In this document: positions 7,982 to 16,617 of the stretch, piece by piece
How the letters are laid out: each line of letters begins with the position of its first letter
Position numbering within the stretch: the first letter of the stretch is position 1
Assembly (NCBI GenBank): GCA_023144675.1
Contig: JAGLFE010000124.1
Coordinates: 1-30,427, forward strand
Length of the DNA stretch: 30,427 nt
DNA from: Thiomargarita sp.
Lineage (GTDB): Bacteria > Pseudomonadota > Gammaproteobacteria > Beggiatoales > Beggiatoaceae
Reading direction: 5' to 3'
Made by a program: the position numbers and the translations under genes
The notes under the pieces: generated by a model
What the model was told of the DNA's origin: nothing
Database searches by the model: none
What the model saw: the letters and a program-made list of their open reading frames with translations, nothing else

Positions 7982-9379
7982 ATGGATTTTTTACCCATTT
8001 TTTTGAATGTTAAAAGTCAAAATTGTTTAGTTGTTGGTGGTGGAGTAACCGCAACACGTAAAGTTGAACTTTTATTAAGAGCCAATGCCAAAATTACTGT
8101 AGTTGCCCCCCAATTATCCAAGCAATTAGATCAATTAAGGCAAGATGGACATATTAGTTATCACCAACAGCATTTTGCTCCAACTAATTTAGAAAATTGC
8201 CACTTAGTAATTGCCGCTACTAATGATGCGGAAGTGAATGAACAAGTTTCCAATTTGGCGCAAGAACAAGGTATTTTGGTAAACGTGGTTGATCACCCTG
8301 ATTTATGTAGTTTTATTATGCCATCTATTATTGATCGTTCGCCAGTATTAATTGCGGTTTCAACTGGTGGCGCATCACCGGTTTTAGCTAGATTATTACG
8401 CTCTCGGTTAGAAAGTCTTATACCAGCCGCTTATGGAAATTTAGCCCGATTTGTTGCCAGCTTTCGTCAACAGGTGAAACAACGCCTTTCAGTAAAAAAA
8501 CGGCGTAAATTTTGGGAAACGGTGTTACAAGGTCAAATTGCAGAAATGTTGTTATCTGGTCATAATAAATCGGCAACGGTTGCTTTAGAAAAATTAATCG
8601 AAGAAAACGCTAATTCTTTGCCCACTCAAAACTATGGTGAAGTTTATTTAGTTGGTGGTGGTCCAGGCGATCCTGATTTATTAACTTTTCGTGCTTTGCG
8701 TTTGATGCAACAAGCAGATGTAGTTTTATATGACCGTTTGGTATCGGATGGTGTTTTAGATTTGGTGCGGCGGGATGCAGAACGTATTTATGTTGGCAAA
8801 GAACCAACTAATCATGTTGTGCCACAAGACGAAATTAATAATTTGTTAATTAAATTGGCTAAAGCGGGTAAACGGGTATTGCGCTTAAAAGGCGGTGATC
8901 CATTCTTATTTGGACGCGGTGGAGAAGAAATTGAAACTTTAATGGAAGAAGGAATTGCTTTTCAAATCGTACCTGGAATTACTTCTGCGCTTGGTTCATC
9001 AGCTTATGCAGGTATCCCCTTAACGCATCGTGATTATGCTCAATCTTGTATATTTGTTACTGGGCATCTCAAGGATGATAGTTTTGACTTAAATTGGCAA
9101 GCGTTGGCACAAGCTAATCAAACTGTGGTTATTTATATGGGTTTGCGGGGATTGCCGATTATATGCAAAAAATTGATAGAAGAAGGCGTGCCAACTAATA
9201 AACCCGCAGCTTTAATTCAAAAGGCAACTACTTCCGATCAACTTGTTTTAACTGGTACTTTGGAAACTTTACCAAATATTGTTGCAGCCGCTGATATTAA
9301 GTTATCAAGTATTATTATTATTGGTGATGTGGTTAAATTGCATGAAAAATTGGCTTGGTTTGAACCGTTGGAAAAGTGA
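7982..9379 (+). CDS. cysG: Siroheme synthase (multifunctional)
   Basis: 465 aa; N-terminal VVGGG dehydrogenase/chelatase with ISTGGASP-like motif; C-terminal SUMT motifs GGGPGDPDLLT and LKGGDPFLFGRGGEE. Confidence 0.97.
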   Translation: MDFLPIFLNVKSQNCLVVGGGVTATRKVELLLRANAKITVVAPQLSKQLDQLRQDGHISYHQQHFAPTNLENCHLVIAATNDAEVNEQVSNLAQEQGILVNVVDHPDLCSFIMPSIIDRSPVLIAVSTGGASPVLARLLRSRLESLIPAAYGNLARFVASFRQQVKQRLSVKKRRKFWETVLQGQIAEMLLSGHNKSATVALEKLIEENANSLPTQNYGEVYLVGGGPGDPDLLTFRALRLMQQADVVLYDRLVSDGVLDLVRRDAERIYVGKEPTNHVVPQDEINNLLIKLAKAGKRVLRLKGGDPFLFGRGGEEIETLMEEGIAFQIVPGITSALGSSAYAGIPLTHRDYAQSCIFVTGHLKDDSFDLNWQALAQANQTVVIYMGLRGLPIICKKLIEEGVPTNKPAALIQKATTSDQLVLTGTLETLPNIVAAADIKLSSIIIIGDVVKLHEKLAWFEPLEK

Positions 9380-9451
9380 GTTTTTTTAAATTCTAGCCAG
9401 TTTTAGACTAAATTTAGGAGAATCAAGCTTGATTATTTGTAACTATCTACC

Positions 9452-9543
9452 AAATTAAGTAGGGTAAAAAATGTAGGATGATGCTAAGAAATGAAGCGCA
9501 TCAATCATGTTAAAGCTATATTTTAACTCTTAATTCGCATTTA
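9452..9543 (+). repeat. GTAG-type REP-like dispersed element, copy A
   Basis: GTAG at 9473 followed by hairpin GATGATGCT...AGCGCATC. Flanks aaattaagt..aaaaaat and atattttaactcttaattc.cattta are shared with the 17.9-18.07 kb copy. It lies between convergent genes. Confidence 0.75.
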
Positions 9544-9653
9544 AAGTTTAGTTGGTGGGTAGTTACAAAAAATAGTCAATGATTTTGTTTCTTATATTTT
9601 AAGTAATTTATTAATAAGTGAAAAATTGGCAAAATTATGATAAATTTAATACC

Positions 9654-10226
9654 CTAGGCAAGTTCCGCCTTTAATTGAATTTTAAATTCATTTTCCATGA
9701 GTTTTGGAAACTCATCACAGAATGGCGTTTTAATCTCATCAAAATACCATGCTCTGTATCTTTCTAATCCATATAAAATAACATCACTCTCCAAAATATT
9801 TAAAATTTCTTCTGACCCCATATATGATTTATACTTTACTTGATTCTTGTTTTTTTCTTTACTGGTAACAAACAGTAAGTAAGTTTTAAAATGCCAAAAA
9901 TTGTCTTTTTCTATGCCTAATATTTTATATAAAAGTGCAAAACTATCTAAAAATTTCTGTTTTATCTTGGGCTTATAGTTACTTTTTATTTCTGAATTTT
10001 TATACTCAACAAAAACAATATATTCCCTTTCCAAATCAAAAAATATCATATCAGTCGTTGCCCAACTCGGATGATATTGTTTTGCGATTTTATCAAAGTT
10101 AAAAAACTTGTTTGTAAAATTACATAAAATGATATGATTTGTACTATCTTCAGAAATAACAGATAATTTATCAAAATGTTTTGAAAATTTATCTTCAAAT
10201 AGTTTTTTAATATCTGATATTGTCAT
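9654..10226 (-). CDS. Putative PD-(D/E)XK nuclease, partner of the upstream ABC ATPase
   Basis: 190 aa; TTDMIFF...FVEYKN gives a D...ExK motif; TAATG overlap with the ATPase stop. Confidence 0.6.
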   Translation of the reverse strand: MTISDIKKLFEDKFSKHFDKLSVISEDSTNHIILCNFTNKFFNFDKIAKQYHPSWATTDMIFFDLEREYIVFVEYKNSEIKSNYKPKIKQKFLDSFALLYKILGIEKDNFWHFKTYLLFVTSKEKNKNQVKYKSYMGSEEILNILESDVILYGLERYRAWYFDEIKTPFCDEFPKLMENEFKIQLKAELA

Positions 10227-11068
10227 TATGATAAACCTAGTTTCATTTTTCGCAGTTCTGCTAATGGCTCTGTCAATTTTTGAAAAATTGGGGATACATC
10301 CATTGTTACATCATGAATAACGGAATATTCATCTTCAGTTTTCTCAGCCAAATAAAAATTATTATTAATTTTTGCCTTATCAGCATAATATTTTAAGGCA
10401 TCTATCATATACGGACTATGAGAAGTTACTAAAACTTTTATTTTAGTTTTAACTAAAGTAACAATAAATTCTGCTAATAATAATTGCCATTTAGGGTGTA
10501 AATGTACTTCAGGCTCATCCAGTATTAAAACAGTACCTTCTTTAATACTTTCATTTAAAAGCAACATCTGGAAAAAACCAAACATCTTGATACCATTTGA
10601 GGTTTTATACATTTCAATAAGTAAATTCCCTTTTTTGTAAAAAATATCATCTTTTGATTTATCATAGTAAACTTCACCACCAATAATATTCTTGATGTAT
10701 TGAAATGATTTGCTATTTTTACTTTTTTTCTGTGGTTGAGAAATACGTAAAATCAAATCAGTTACTTCTATTGATAATGGAAAATTCAGTTTATTTTGTT
10801 GTAAAAGAATAGAAGTATTTTTTATGTAGTTGAATTTGTCCAGCAAGTATGGAGTCTCTATAAAAATAGGGAAATTTAAAATTTCATCATCATTAAGAGT
10901 CATATTTTCATGTTTTTTATTAAACAAAATGTATTCTCTAACTTTCTCAAAGAGAATCTTTCCAACTGTACTCTTACCCGTATCATTCTCTCCAGCAATA
11001 ACACTCAAACCTTCTATTTTAACAATAGCCTCTTTAATTATTCTAGTATTTTTTAATTGGAACTTCAT
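10226..11068 (-). CDS. Soluble ABC-type ATPase (AAA_15/AAA_21, defence-associated type)
   Basis: Walker A GENDTGKS, signature-like SNGIK, Walker B LILDEPEVHLHP, H-loop VTSHSP; no transmembrane segments. Start moved to ATG 11068 (MKFQLKN), 280 aa. Confidence 0.88.
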   Translation of the reverse strand: MKFQLKNTRIIKEAIVKIEGLSVIAGENDTGKSTVGKILFEKVREYILFNKKHENMTLNDDEILNFPIFIETPYLLDKFNYIKNTSILLQQNKLNFPLSIEVTDLILRISQPQKKSKNSKSFQYIKNIIGGEVYYDKSKDDIFYKKGNLLIEMYKTSNGIKMFGFFQMLLLNESIKEGTVLILDEPEVHLHPKWQLLLAEFIVTLVKTKIKVLVTSHSPYMIDALKYYADKAKINNNFYLAEKTEDEYSVIHDVTMDVSPIFQKLTEPLAELRKMKLGLS

Positions 11069-11215
11069 TTTCCACTTCCTTTGTGTAACATCAGTAAAGC
11101 AACTAGCTTTATATGTTTCTACCACACTCTTCAAACATATCTTCAATAAATAACTCACAAGCAATAATAGCTTCTTTCATAACTTTTTTTTTCATATATT
11201 AATCACTAATTACAC

Positions 11216-11312
11216 CTCTGAGTTTCGCATAAAATACTCTCACTATCCATTTTAGTTTAAACAATGAAGCAAAACTTTTTCACATTTCGTCCGAACAGAG
11301 TTTGGAAACGAG
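11216..11312 (+). repeat. Degenerate REP/RAYT-type palindromic repeat remnant
   Basis: Ends in hairpin tcgtccgaacagagtttggaaacgag, with gagtttcgca and gaagcaaaacttt upstream. It resembles, from memory, the ...cccaaacagagtttgggaacgag repeat family. Confidence 0.4.
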
Positions 11313-11367
11313 AAAAATTTAGCAATATCAGCATGGTTTAAAATTACTCCGAGCTATATAATTATTC

Positions 11368-11458
11368 GGTAGTCCTGCACAAAGTAGTGGTGATTTTGTT
11401 GAGTACTTTATACCTTAACGTATTTTTCAGAAAAAACACTACATTATTCAGGACTACC
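11368..11458. mobile_element. 91-bp MITE with IS1-like ends
   Basis: 22-bp terminal inverted repeats, GGTAGTCCTGCACAAAGTAGTG (11368-11389) versus the reverse complement of 11437-11458, GGTAGTCCTGAATAATGTAGTG (19/22 identical). Flanked by an exact 8-bp direct repeat AATTATTC (11360-11367 and 11459-11466). Confidence 0.88.
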
Positions 11459-11491
11459 AATTATTCCAATCTTGGATTACTTAGAAAAACA

Positions 11492-11517
11492 GGGCAAACC
11501 CCAAAAAAATCTTGCCC
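11492..11517 (-). terminator. Hairpin downstream of secF
   Basis: GGGCAA...TTGCCC inverted repeat about 15 nt past the secF stop; terminator or decayed REP. Confidence 0.4.
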
Positions 11518-11531
11518 CAAAACACCTTAGT

Positions 11532-12488
11532 TTACCACCTCAATCCATCTTCACTATCGGGTTTTTTCTTATCTTCACCCTCTTTCTGCACTGGCATTAA
11601 GTCTCGTTTACTAACTCCAAGGGCAAGTGTGCTAGCACTGGCAATATAAATTGAAGAATAAGTTCCAACGAATACGCCAAGTAAAAGTGCAATCGAAAAT
11701 CCATGAATTAATTCTCCACCAACTACAAATAACACAACCAAAACTAATGCGGTTGTTACTGAAGTCATCACCGTTCGACCCAACATTTGGTTTATTGAAA
11801 TATTTATTACATTGACAGATTCTTGCTTGCGTAATTTGACAAAATTTTCACGGATGCGGTCAAAAACCACAATGGTATCATTTAATGAATAACCAATTAC
11901 CGCTAAAAGAGCTGCTAACACGGTTAAATCAAATTCCAATCGAAATACAGAAAAGAATCCAACCACAATCAAAATATCATGGACTAAAGCTGCTATCGAA
12001 CCCAAAGCAAAACGGTATTCAAAACGAAAAGCTACATAAGCTAAAATCCCAAATAAGGTATAAATTATTGCCAAACCACCCTGTTCAATTAATTCTTTAC
12101 CAACTTGGGGTCCAACATATTCGACACGACGCATATCAACTTGTTTGCCATCTTTTTCTAGCAATCTTAAAATTTGGCTACTTAAAGGATCGTCTTTTGA
12201 ATCTTTATGCACGCCTAAACGGATTAATACATCCTCCGCAGTACCAAAGTTCTGAACAACAGCATCATCAAAACCATTATTATGCAAATCATCACGAATC
12301 TTTTCCACATCAGCGGCTTGGGTATAACCAACTTCAACTAAAGTTCCACCAGTAAAATCAATCCCAAAAACTAGCCCTTGATAAATCAAAGAAGCAATAG
12401 AAATTATTATCAATATACTAGAAATAACCAGCGCAATGGCACGTTTTCCTAAAAAATCATAAGAATAATCAAATCGAGTTAAAAACAT
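11532..12488 (-). CDS. secF: Protein translocase subunit SecF
   Basis: GIDFTGGT, VGPQVGKEL, GYSLNDTIVVFDRIREN, GTYSSIYIA. Confidence 0.97.
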   Translation of the reverse strand: MFLTRFDYSYDFLGKRAIALVISSILIIISIASLIYQGLVFGIDFTGGTLVEVGYTQAADVEKIRDDLHNNGFDDAVVQNFGTAEDVLIRLGVHKDSKDDPLSSQILRLLEKDGKQVDMRRVEYVGPQVGKELIEQGGLAIIYTLFGILAYVAFRFEYRFALGSIAALVHDILIVVGFFSVFRLEFDLTVLAALLAVIGYSLNDTIVVFDRIRENFVKLRKQESVNVINISINQMLGRTVMTSVTTALVLVVLFVVGGELIHGFSIALLLGVFVGTYSSIYIASASTLALGVSKRDLMPVQKEGEDKKKPDSEDGLRW

Positions 12489-12510
12489 ATTTTTTTCTCA
12501 CTTATTCCAG

Positions 12511-14382
12511 TTAAATAGGTAATTTAGTTAATTGTTTGTCACCATAGGAAAAATTGACAACGCTACGTGTCAACATAATGGCGGTAAACATAGAAGTTAC
12601 AATACCTATAGATAAAGTAATAGCAAACCCCTTAATTGGACCAGTGCCAAAACTAAATAACATTATTGCGGCGATTAAAGTAGTTAAGTTAGCATCAAAA
12701 ATAGTAACGAACGCCTTTTCATAACCTAAATGAATACTGGTTTGGGGCGAATTTCCATTCGCAACTTCTTCTCGTATTTTTTCAAAAATTAATACATTAG
12801 CATCCACTGCCATACCAAGCGTTAAAACAATACCCGCCATTCCTGGCAAAGTTAAGGTGGCTTGCAATAATGACAACATCGCAATTAAAATTATTACATT
12901 CATCAACAAAGCTAAATTGGCAATCATGCCGAAAATTCTATAACGTAATAACATAAATATCATTACAGCAATAAAACCAATAACAATAGAAATAAAACCA
13001 TATTCAATATTTTCTTGTCCCAAGCTCGGTCCAATAGTCCGTTCTTCAATAATTTCCATCGGTGCTTTTAATGCCCCAGCCCGCAATAATAAAGCCAAAT
13101 TATTAGCTTCACTCGAAGTTAAACCAGTAGTTTGGAAACGATTGCTAAATTCTCCCATAATATTAGCAACGCTAATTACTTCCTCAGTCTTACTGCGATG
13201 TATAACTTTTTTTCCATTTATTATTTCGCTTTTTATATTATATTCAATGAAAACCACAGCCATCGGCTTTCCAATATTTTTACGGGTATTTTGTAACATC
13301 CGTTTACCGCCGCGACTATTTAAATTAATCGATACTGCAGGTTGTCCACTTTGTTGATCAATAGTTGCCGCCGCGCCCGTAATTTGATCACCAGTAACAA
13401 TAATTCGGCGTTTTAGTAACACTGGATCACCATTCCGTTCGTGATATAATCGCGCACTTAATGGTACTTTTCCAGTTTTATCGGCATCAAGCCATTCTTC
13501 CCTTGCTCCATATGTCATGCGGTATTCTAAAGTAGCAGTCGCTCCTAAGATTTCCTTAGCACGAGCAGTATCCTGTATTCCCGGCAATTGCACCACAATA
13601 CGATCATCACCTTGTCGTTGAATCACAGGTTCAGAAACACCTAATTCATTAACCCGATTGCGCAGGGTAATGATGTTTTGTTCCAAAGCATTCTGTTGAT
13701 TTTCTCGTAAAGCTTGTTCAGTAAAAGCCATAAATATGCCATATTGATTAACACCATCAGCATTTGTAATAGTCAAATCATTATATTGTTTGGCAATAAG
13801 TTGTTTCGCTTGTTCACGTACTTTTAAAGTGGTAAAGTTAATTTCAATACCAGTTTGTTCGCCAGTTTTAATATGATTAATGCCTTTATAACGTAATTTA
13901 TTTTCACGTAGTAAAGTACGAAAATCGTTAATATAGGTTTCTTCATCTTGCTGAATGGCTGTTTTCATATCTACTTGCATTAGAAAATGAATCCCGCCCC
14001 GTAAATCTAAACCTAAATACATCGGTTTACCACCAAATGCAGTAAGCCAATCGGGTGTAGCTGGTGCTAAATTTTGTGCAATCACGTAACCATCTAAACC
14101 ATCTTTTAAAACAGAATAGGCTTTAAGTTGAGTCGTAGTATTTTTAAAACGCACTAATAACTTTTTAGTATCACGTTCAACACTTAAAAATTCTATATTA
14201 GACTCTTTTAAGGTTGCTTCAATATCTCGCTGTATGTTTTCATTGATGGGCATATCTCTTGCGTAAGCTGAAGAAATTTGAATGGCGGGGTCTTCTCCAA
14301 ATAAATTTGGCAGGGCATATAAAGTACAAATTGCAATAACAAACGCAATTAATAAGTATTTCCAAACTGGGTATTGATTCAT
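12511..14382 (-). CDS. secD: Protein translocase subunit SecD
   Basis: LGLDLRGG, RNRVNELGVSEP, IGPSLG, GMAVDANVLIFEKIREE. Confidence 0.97.
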   Translation of the reverse strand: MNQYPVWKYLLIAFVIAICTLYALPNLFGEDPAIQISSAYARDMPINENIQRDIEATLKESNIEFLSVERDTKKLLVRFKNTTTQLKAYSVLKDGLDGYVIAQNLAPATPDWLTAFGGKPMYLGLDLRGGIHFLMQVDMKTAIQQDEETYINDFRTLLRENKLRYKGINHIKTGEQTGIEINFTTLKVREQAKQLIAKQYNDLTITNADGVNQYGIFMAFTEQALRENQQNALEQNIITLRNRVNELGVSEPVIQRQGDDRIVVQLPGIQDTARAKEILGATATLEYRMTYGAREEWLDADKTGKVPLSARLYHERNGDPVLLKRRIIVTGDQITGAAATIDQQSGQPAVSINLNSRGGKRMLQNTRKNIGKPMAVVFIEYNIKSEIINGKKVIHRSKTEEVISVANIMGEFSNRFQTTGLTSSEANNLALLLRAGALKAPMEIIEERTIGPSLGQENIEYGFISIVIGFIAVMIFMLLRYRIFGMIANLALLMNVIILIAMLSLLQATLTLPGMAGIVLTLGMAVDANVLIFEKIREEVANGNSPQTSIHLGYEKAFVTIFDANLTTLIAAIMLFSFGTGPIKGFAITLSIGIVTSMFTAIMLTRSVVNFSYGDKQLTKLPI

Positions 14383-14414
14383 AAGTTGGTATTATTTACC
14401 TCAATGGTTTAAAA

Positions 14415-14744
14415 TTATAATGTGTTTTTCATTGTGCCTTTAGGAACAATGCTGGCAATGGATTGGCGTTGTATTTTAACTTCTGTATTAGGTACGAGTT
14501 CAAGCACTACAAAATTATCGCCTAAATTGGTTATTTTACCTAATAATCCGCCATTGGTAATAACCTCATCACCTTTTGCCAGCGAATCAACCATTTGTCG
14601 ATGTTCTTTAGCTCGTTTCGTTTGTGGACGAATTAAGAAAAAGTAAAAAACGATAAACAGAACCACTAACATAATTAAATTAAGAAAACCAGCATCTCCT
14701 GACGGTGCTGATTCAGCCCAAGCGTTTTGAATAAAAAATTCCAT
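14415..14744 (-). CDS. yajC: Preprotein translocase subunit YajC
   Basis: FYFFLIRPQ, KGDEVITNGGLLGKI; upstream of secD-secF; GAGG RBS. Confidence 0.96.
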   Translation of the reverse strand: MEFFIQNAWAESAPSGDAGFLNLIMLVVLFIVFYFFLIRPQTKRAKEHRQMVDSLAKGDEVITNGGLLGKITNLGDNFVVLELVPNTEVKIQRQSIASIVPKGTMKNTL

Positions 14745-14844
14745 AGTGATATCCTCGTAAAAAAGTAATTTAAAATTAAAAGTATTAAATATAATCTATT
14801 CTAATTAATTATCGGCATATTTTCGTTAATAATTTTAGTATTTA

Positions 14845-14866
14845 TAGTAAAAAAGATTTTTTACTA
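14845..14866. promoter_or_regulatory. 22-bp palindrome upstream of yajC, candidate operator
   Basis: TAGTAAAAAA-GA-TTTTTTACTA with perfect 10-bp arms, about 100 bp upstream of the yajC start. Confidence 0.3.
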
Positions 14867-15082
14867 ATATTATCAATACGATATTTGATTGTATTTAAAT
14901 AAAGCGAATTCAAGGGTAAATGGTTGTTAATTAGGATTTAGAATTTAAATAAGGATTGCAAGTATTTAGAATGAAAATTAAGCTTATAATTCCGAGAATG
15001 CTGAAAGTAGTTATTGAATTATAAAGGTAAAAATGCGATTTTAATTAATACTTTGGTCTAACTTTTCTTATATTTACGATGA

Positions 15083-15511
15083 TTAATTTTCGTCAAAAGT
15101 TTCTGTAATGAATCCTAACTTGGTAATTCCAACTTGTTGCGCAATAGACATAACTTGGGCTAATTGTTGATATTGCGTTTTTTTATCGGCTCGAAGATGC
15201 ACTTCAGGCTGTATTTTTTTTTGTGATTCTAATTGTAAAAGTTTCTCCAAATTTTGTAAGCTGATTTTTTTATCATTCCAAAACAAATCGCCTGTTTCAT
15301 CTAATATCAACGTAATTTGGCTAGGTGTTGCAAAATTTTCCTGATGTGATGTCTGCGGTATATCAACCTGTAATCCAGAAACCGTTAATAGAGGTGCGGT
15401 AATGATAAATAAAATAAGTAACACTAACATCACATCAATTAATGGAATCATATTAATTTCGGACATAGCTTGATTACTTCGCTCATCGAAATTATCAAAA
15501 TTTGTATTCAT
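15083..15511 (-). CDS. exbD: Biopolymer transport protein, ExbD/TolR family
   Basis: SEINMIPLIDVMLVLLILFIITAP, VHLRADK..YQ; likely ATG at 15511. Confidence 0.92.
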   Translation of the reverse strand: MNTNFDNFDERSNQAMSEINMIPLIDVMLVLLILFIITAPLLTVSGLQVDIPQTSHQENFATPSQITLILDETGDLFWNDKKISLQNLEKLLQLESQKKIQPEVHLRADKKTQYQQLAQVMSIAQQVGITKLGFITETFDEN

Positions 15512-15538
15512 AATAAGCAATTACAAAAAAAGCTAAAA

Positions 15539-15961
15539 TTAATTTTGCAACTCAATTTCAGAAAACCACTTAGAACCAAATAATCCACCTTCTTTTACTT
15601 TCCATTCGTTATAAAGTATAATTTTTTTTAATCGCCTTTTTAATTCGATTTCAGGCACTCGTCCTTTGCAAGCTTTTTTAAATAGTAGTAATGCTTGCGA
15701 AAACTCTTTTTTATCAACAACTCCATCATTAAGTGCAAATTGTTCAACAACATCTTTAACTTGTTCTTCTACTTCCCTTTCAATTACTAAATCTTTATTA
15801 GTAGCAAGTTGCTTGATAATCGCCATTCCTTCAGTAACAGTAAAACCTTTTTTAATGCCTTCTTCTAAAATACTTTTTTCCTCTTGACGATCAATATATT
15901 GGTCATCATAAACTTGTAACATAATATATTCAATAAATTGTTGTTTAATTTCTTCTATCAT
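15539..15961 (-). CDS. Hypothetical cytoplasmic protein with two acidic DxxxID/VD..E motifs (TerB-like or EF-hand-like)
   Basis: 140 aa with GAGG RBS; YDDQYIDRQEE and NDGVVDKKEF. The fold assignment is inference. Confidence 0.55.
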   Translation of the reverse strand: MIEEIKQQFIEYIMLQVYDDQYIDRQEEKSILEEGIKKGFTVTEGMAIIKQLATNKDLVIEREVEEQVKDVVEQFALNDGVVDKKEFSQALLLFKKACKGRVPEIELKRRLKKIILYNEWKVKEGGLFGSKWFSEIELQN

Positions 15962-16018
15962 AATTACCTCATTATTAAAATAAATACCGTAAAAAATTAA
16001 AGTGATTTAATCACTATA

Positions 16019-16570
16019 TTACTTAAATAAAACTTCTCTTTGAATGGTTGGATAAAAAACAAAATCTTCTATTTCTATTTCACCTTGATAAATCCAGCCA
16101 CGTTTTGCCCGAATACCAATTTCTGTTGTACCTGATAAAATCATTTCAAATGCGGAGTCTGGATTACCAATTAGGTTAAATAATTGGATTAAACGTGCGA
16201 TAGTTGGTAACTCATTTTTACCAACATAAACATCTAATAATTCCTCAGTAAACTTTTCATCCCCATTTGGACTGGCTGGAAAGGTAATTTCAGGAGGTTT
16301 AGTATTACCTAAGTAAATTTTTTGATGATTTCCATCTTTAAATACTAACTCAAAATTGGCATTTTTAAACTTTAATTCTGTTTTAGCTGAAGTACTAAAT
16401 TGTACGATAACTTCTGCTCGAAATTCTTGATCAGTTTGTTTAATTTTAATGCTTTTAATCGCTCTAATATCTATTTTATCCACAACTTCTGTAGAAATCG
16501 CATAACTTGTTTCTAAAAAGATACTGCAACTAATGGTTAATATAATAATAAATTTCAATATATAAGTCAT
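16019..16570 (-). CDS. Hypothetical exported or membrane-anchored beta-rich protein
   Basis: GGAG RBS before ATG 16570; N-terminal hydrophobic segment followed by a beta-strand-like pattern. Confidence 0.6.
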   Translation of the reverse strand: MTYILKFIIILTISCSIFLETSYAISTEVVDKIDIRAIKSIKIKQTDQEFRAEVIVQFSTSAKTELKFKNANFELVFKDGNHQKIYLGNTKPPEITFPASPNGDEKFTEELLDVYVGKNELPTIARLIQLFNLIGNPDSAFEMILSGTTEIGIRAKRGWIYQGEIEIEDFVFYPTIQREVLFK

Positions 16571-16617
16571 TTTTTTCTCCAAAATTATGTAAATTTAATT
16601 GTATCTAATTGATTTAA

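Noticed and set aside
9654-11068. Naming the ATPase-nuclease pair PARIS, Septu or Gabija
   Set aside because: The partner shows no TOPRIM, HNH or UvrD motifs.
11109-11195. 28-codon minus-strand ORF MKKKVMKEAIIACELFIEDMFEECGRNI upstream of the ATPase
   Set aside because: No clear RBS or recognisable family; too short to support without expression data.
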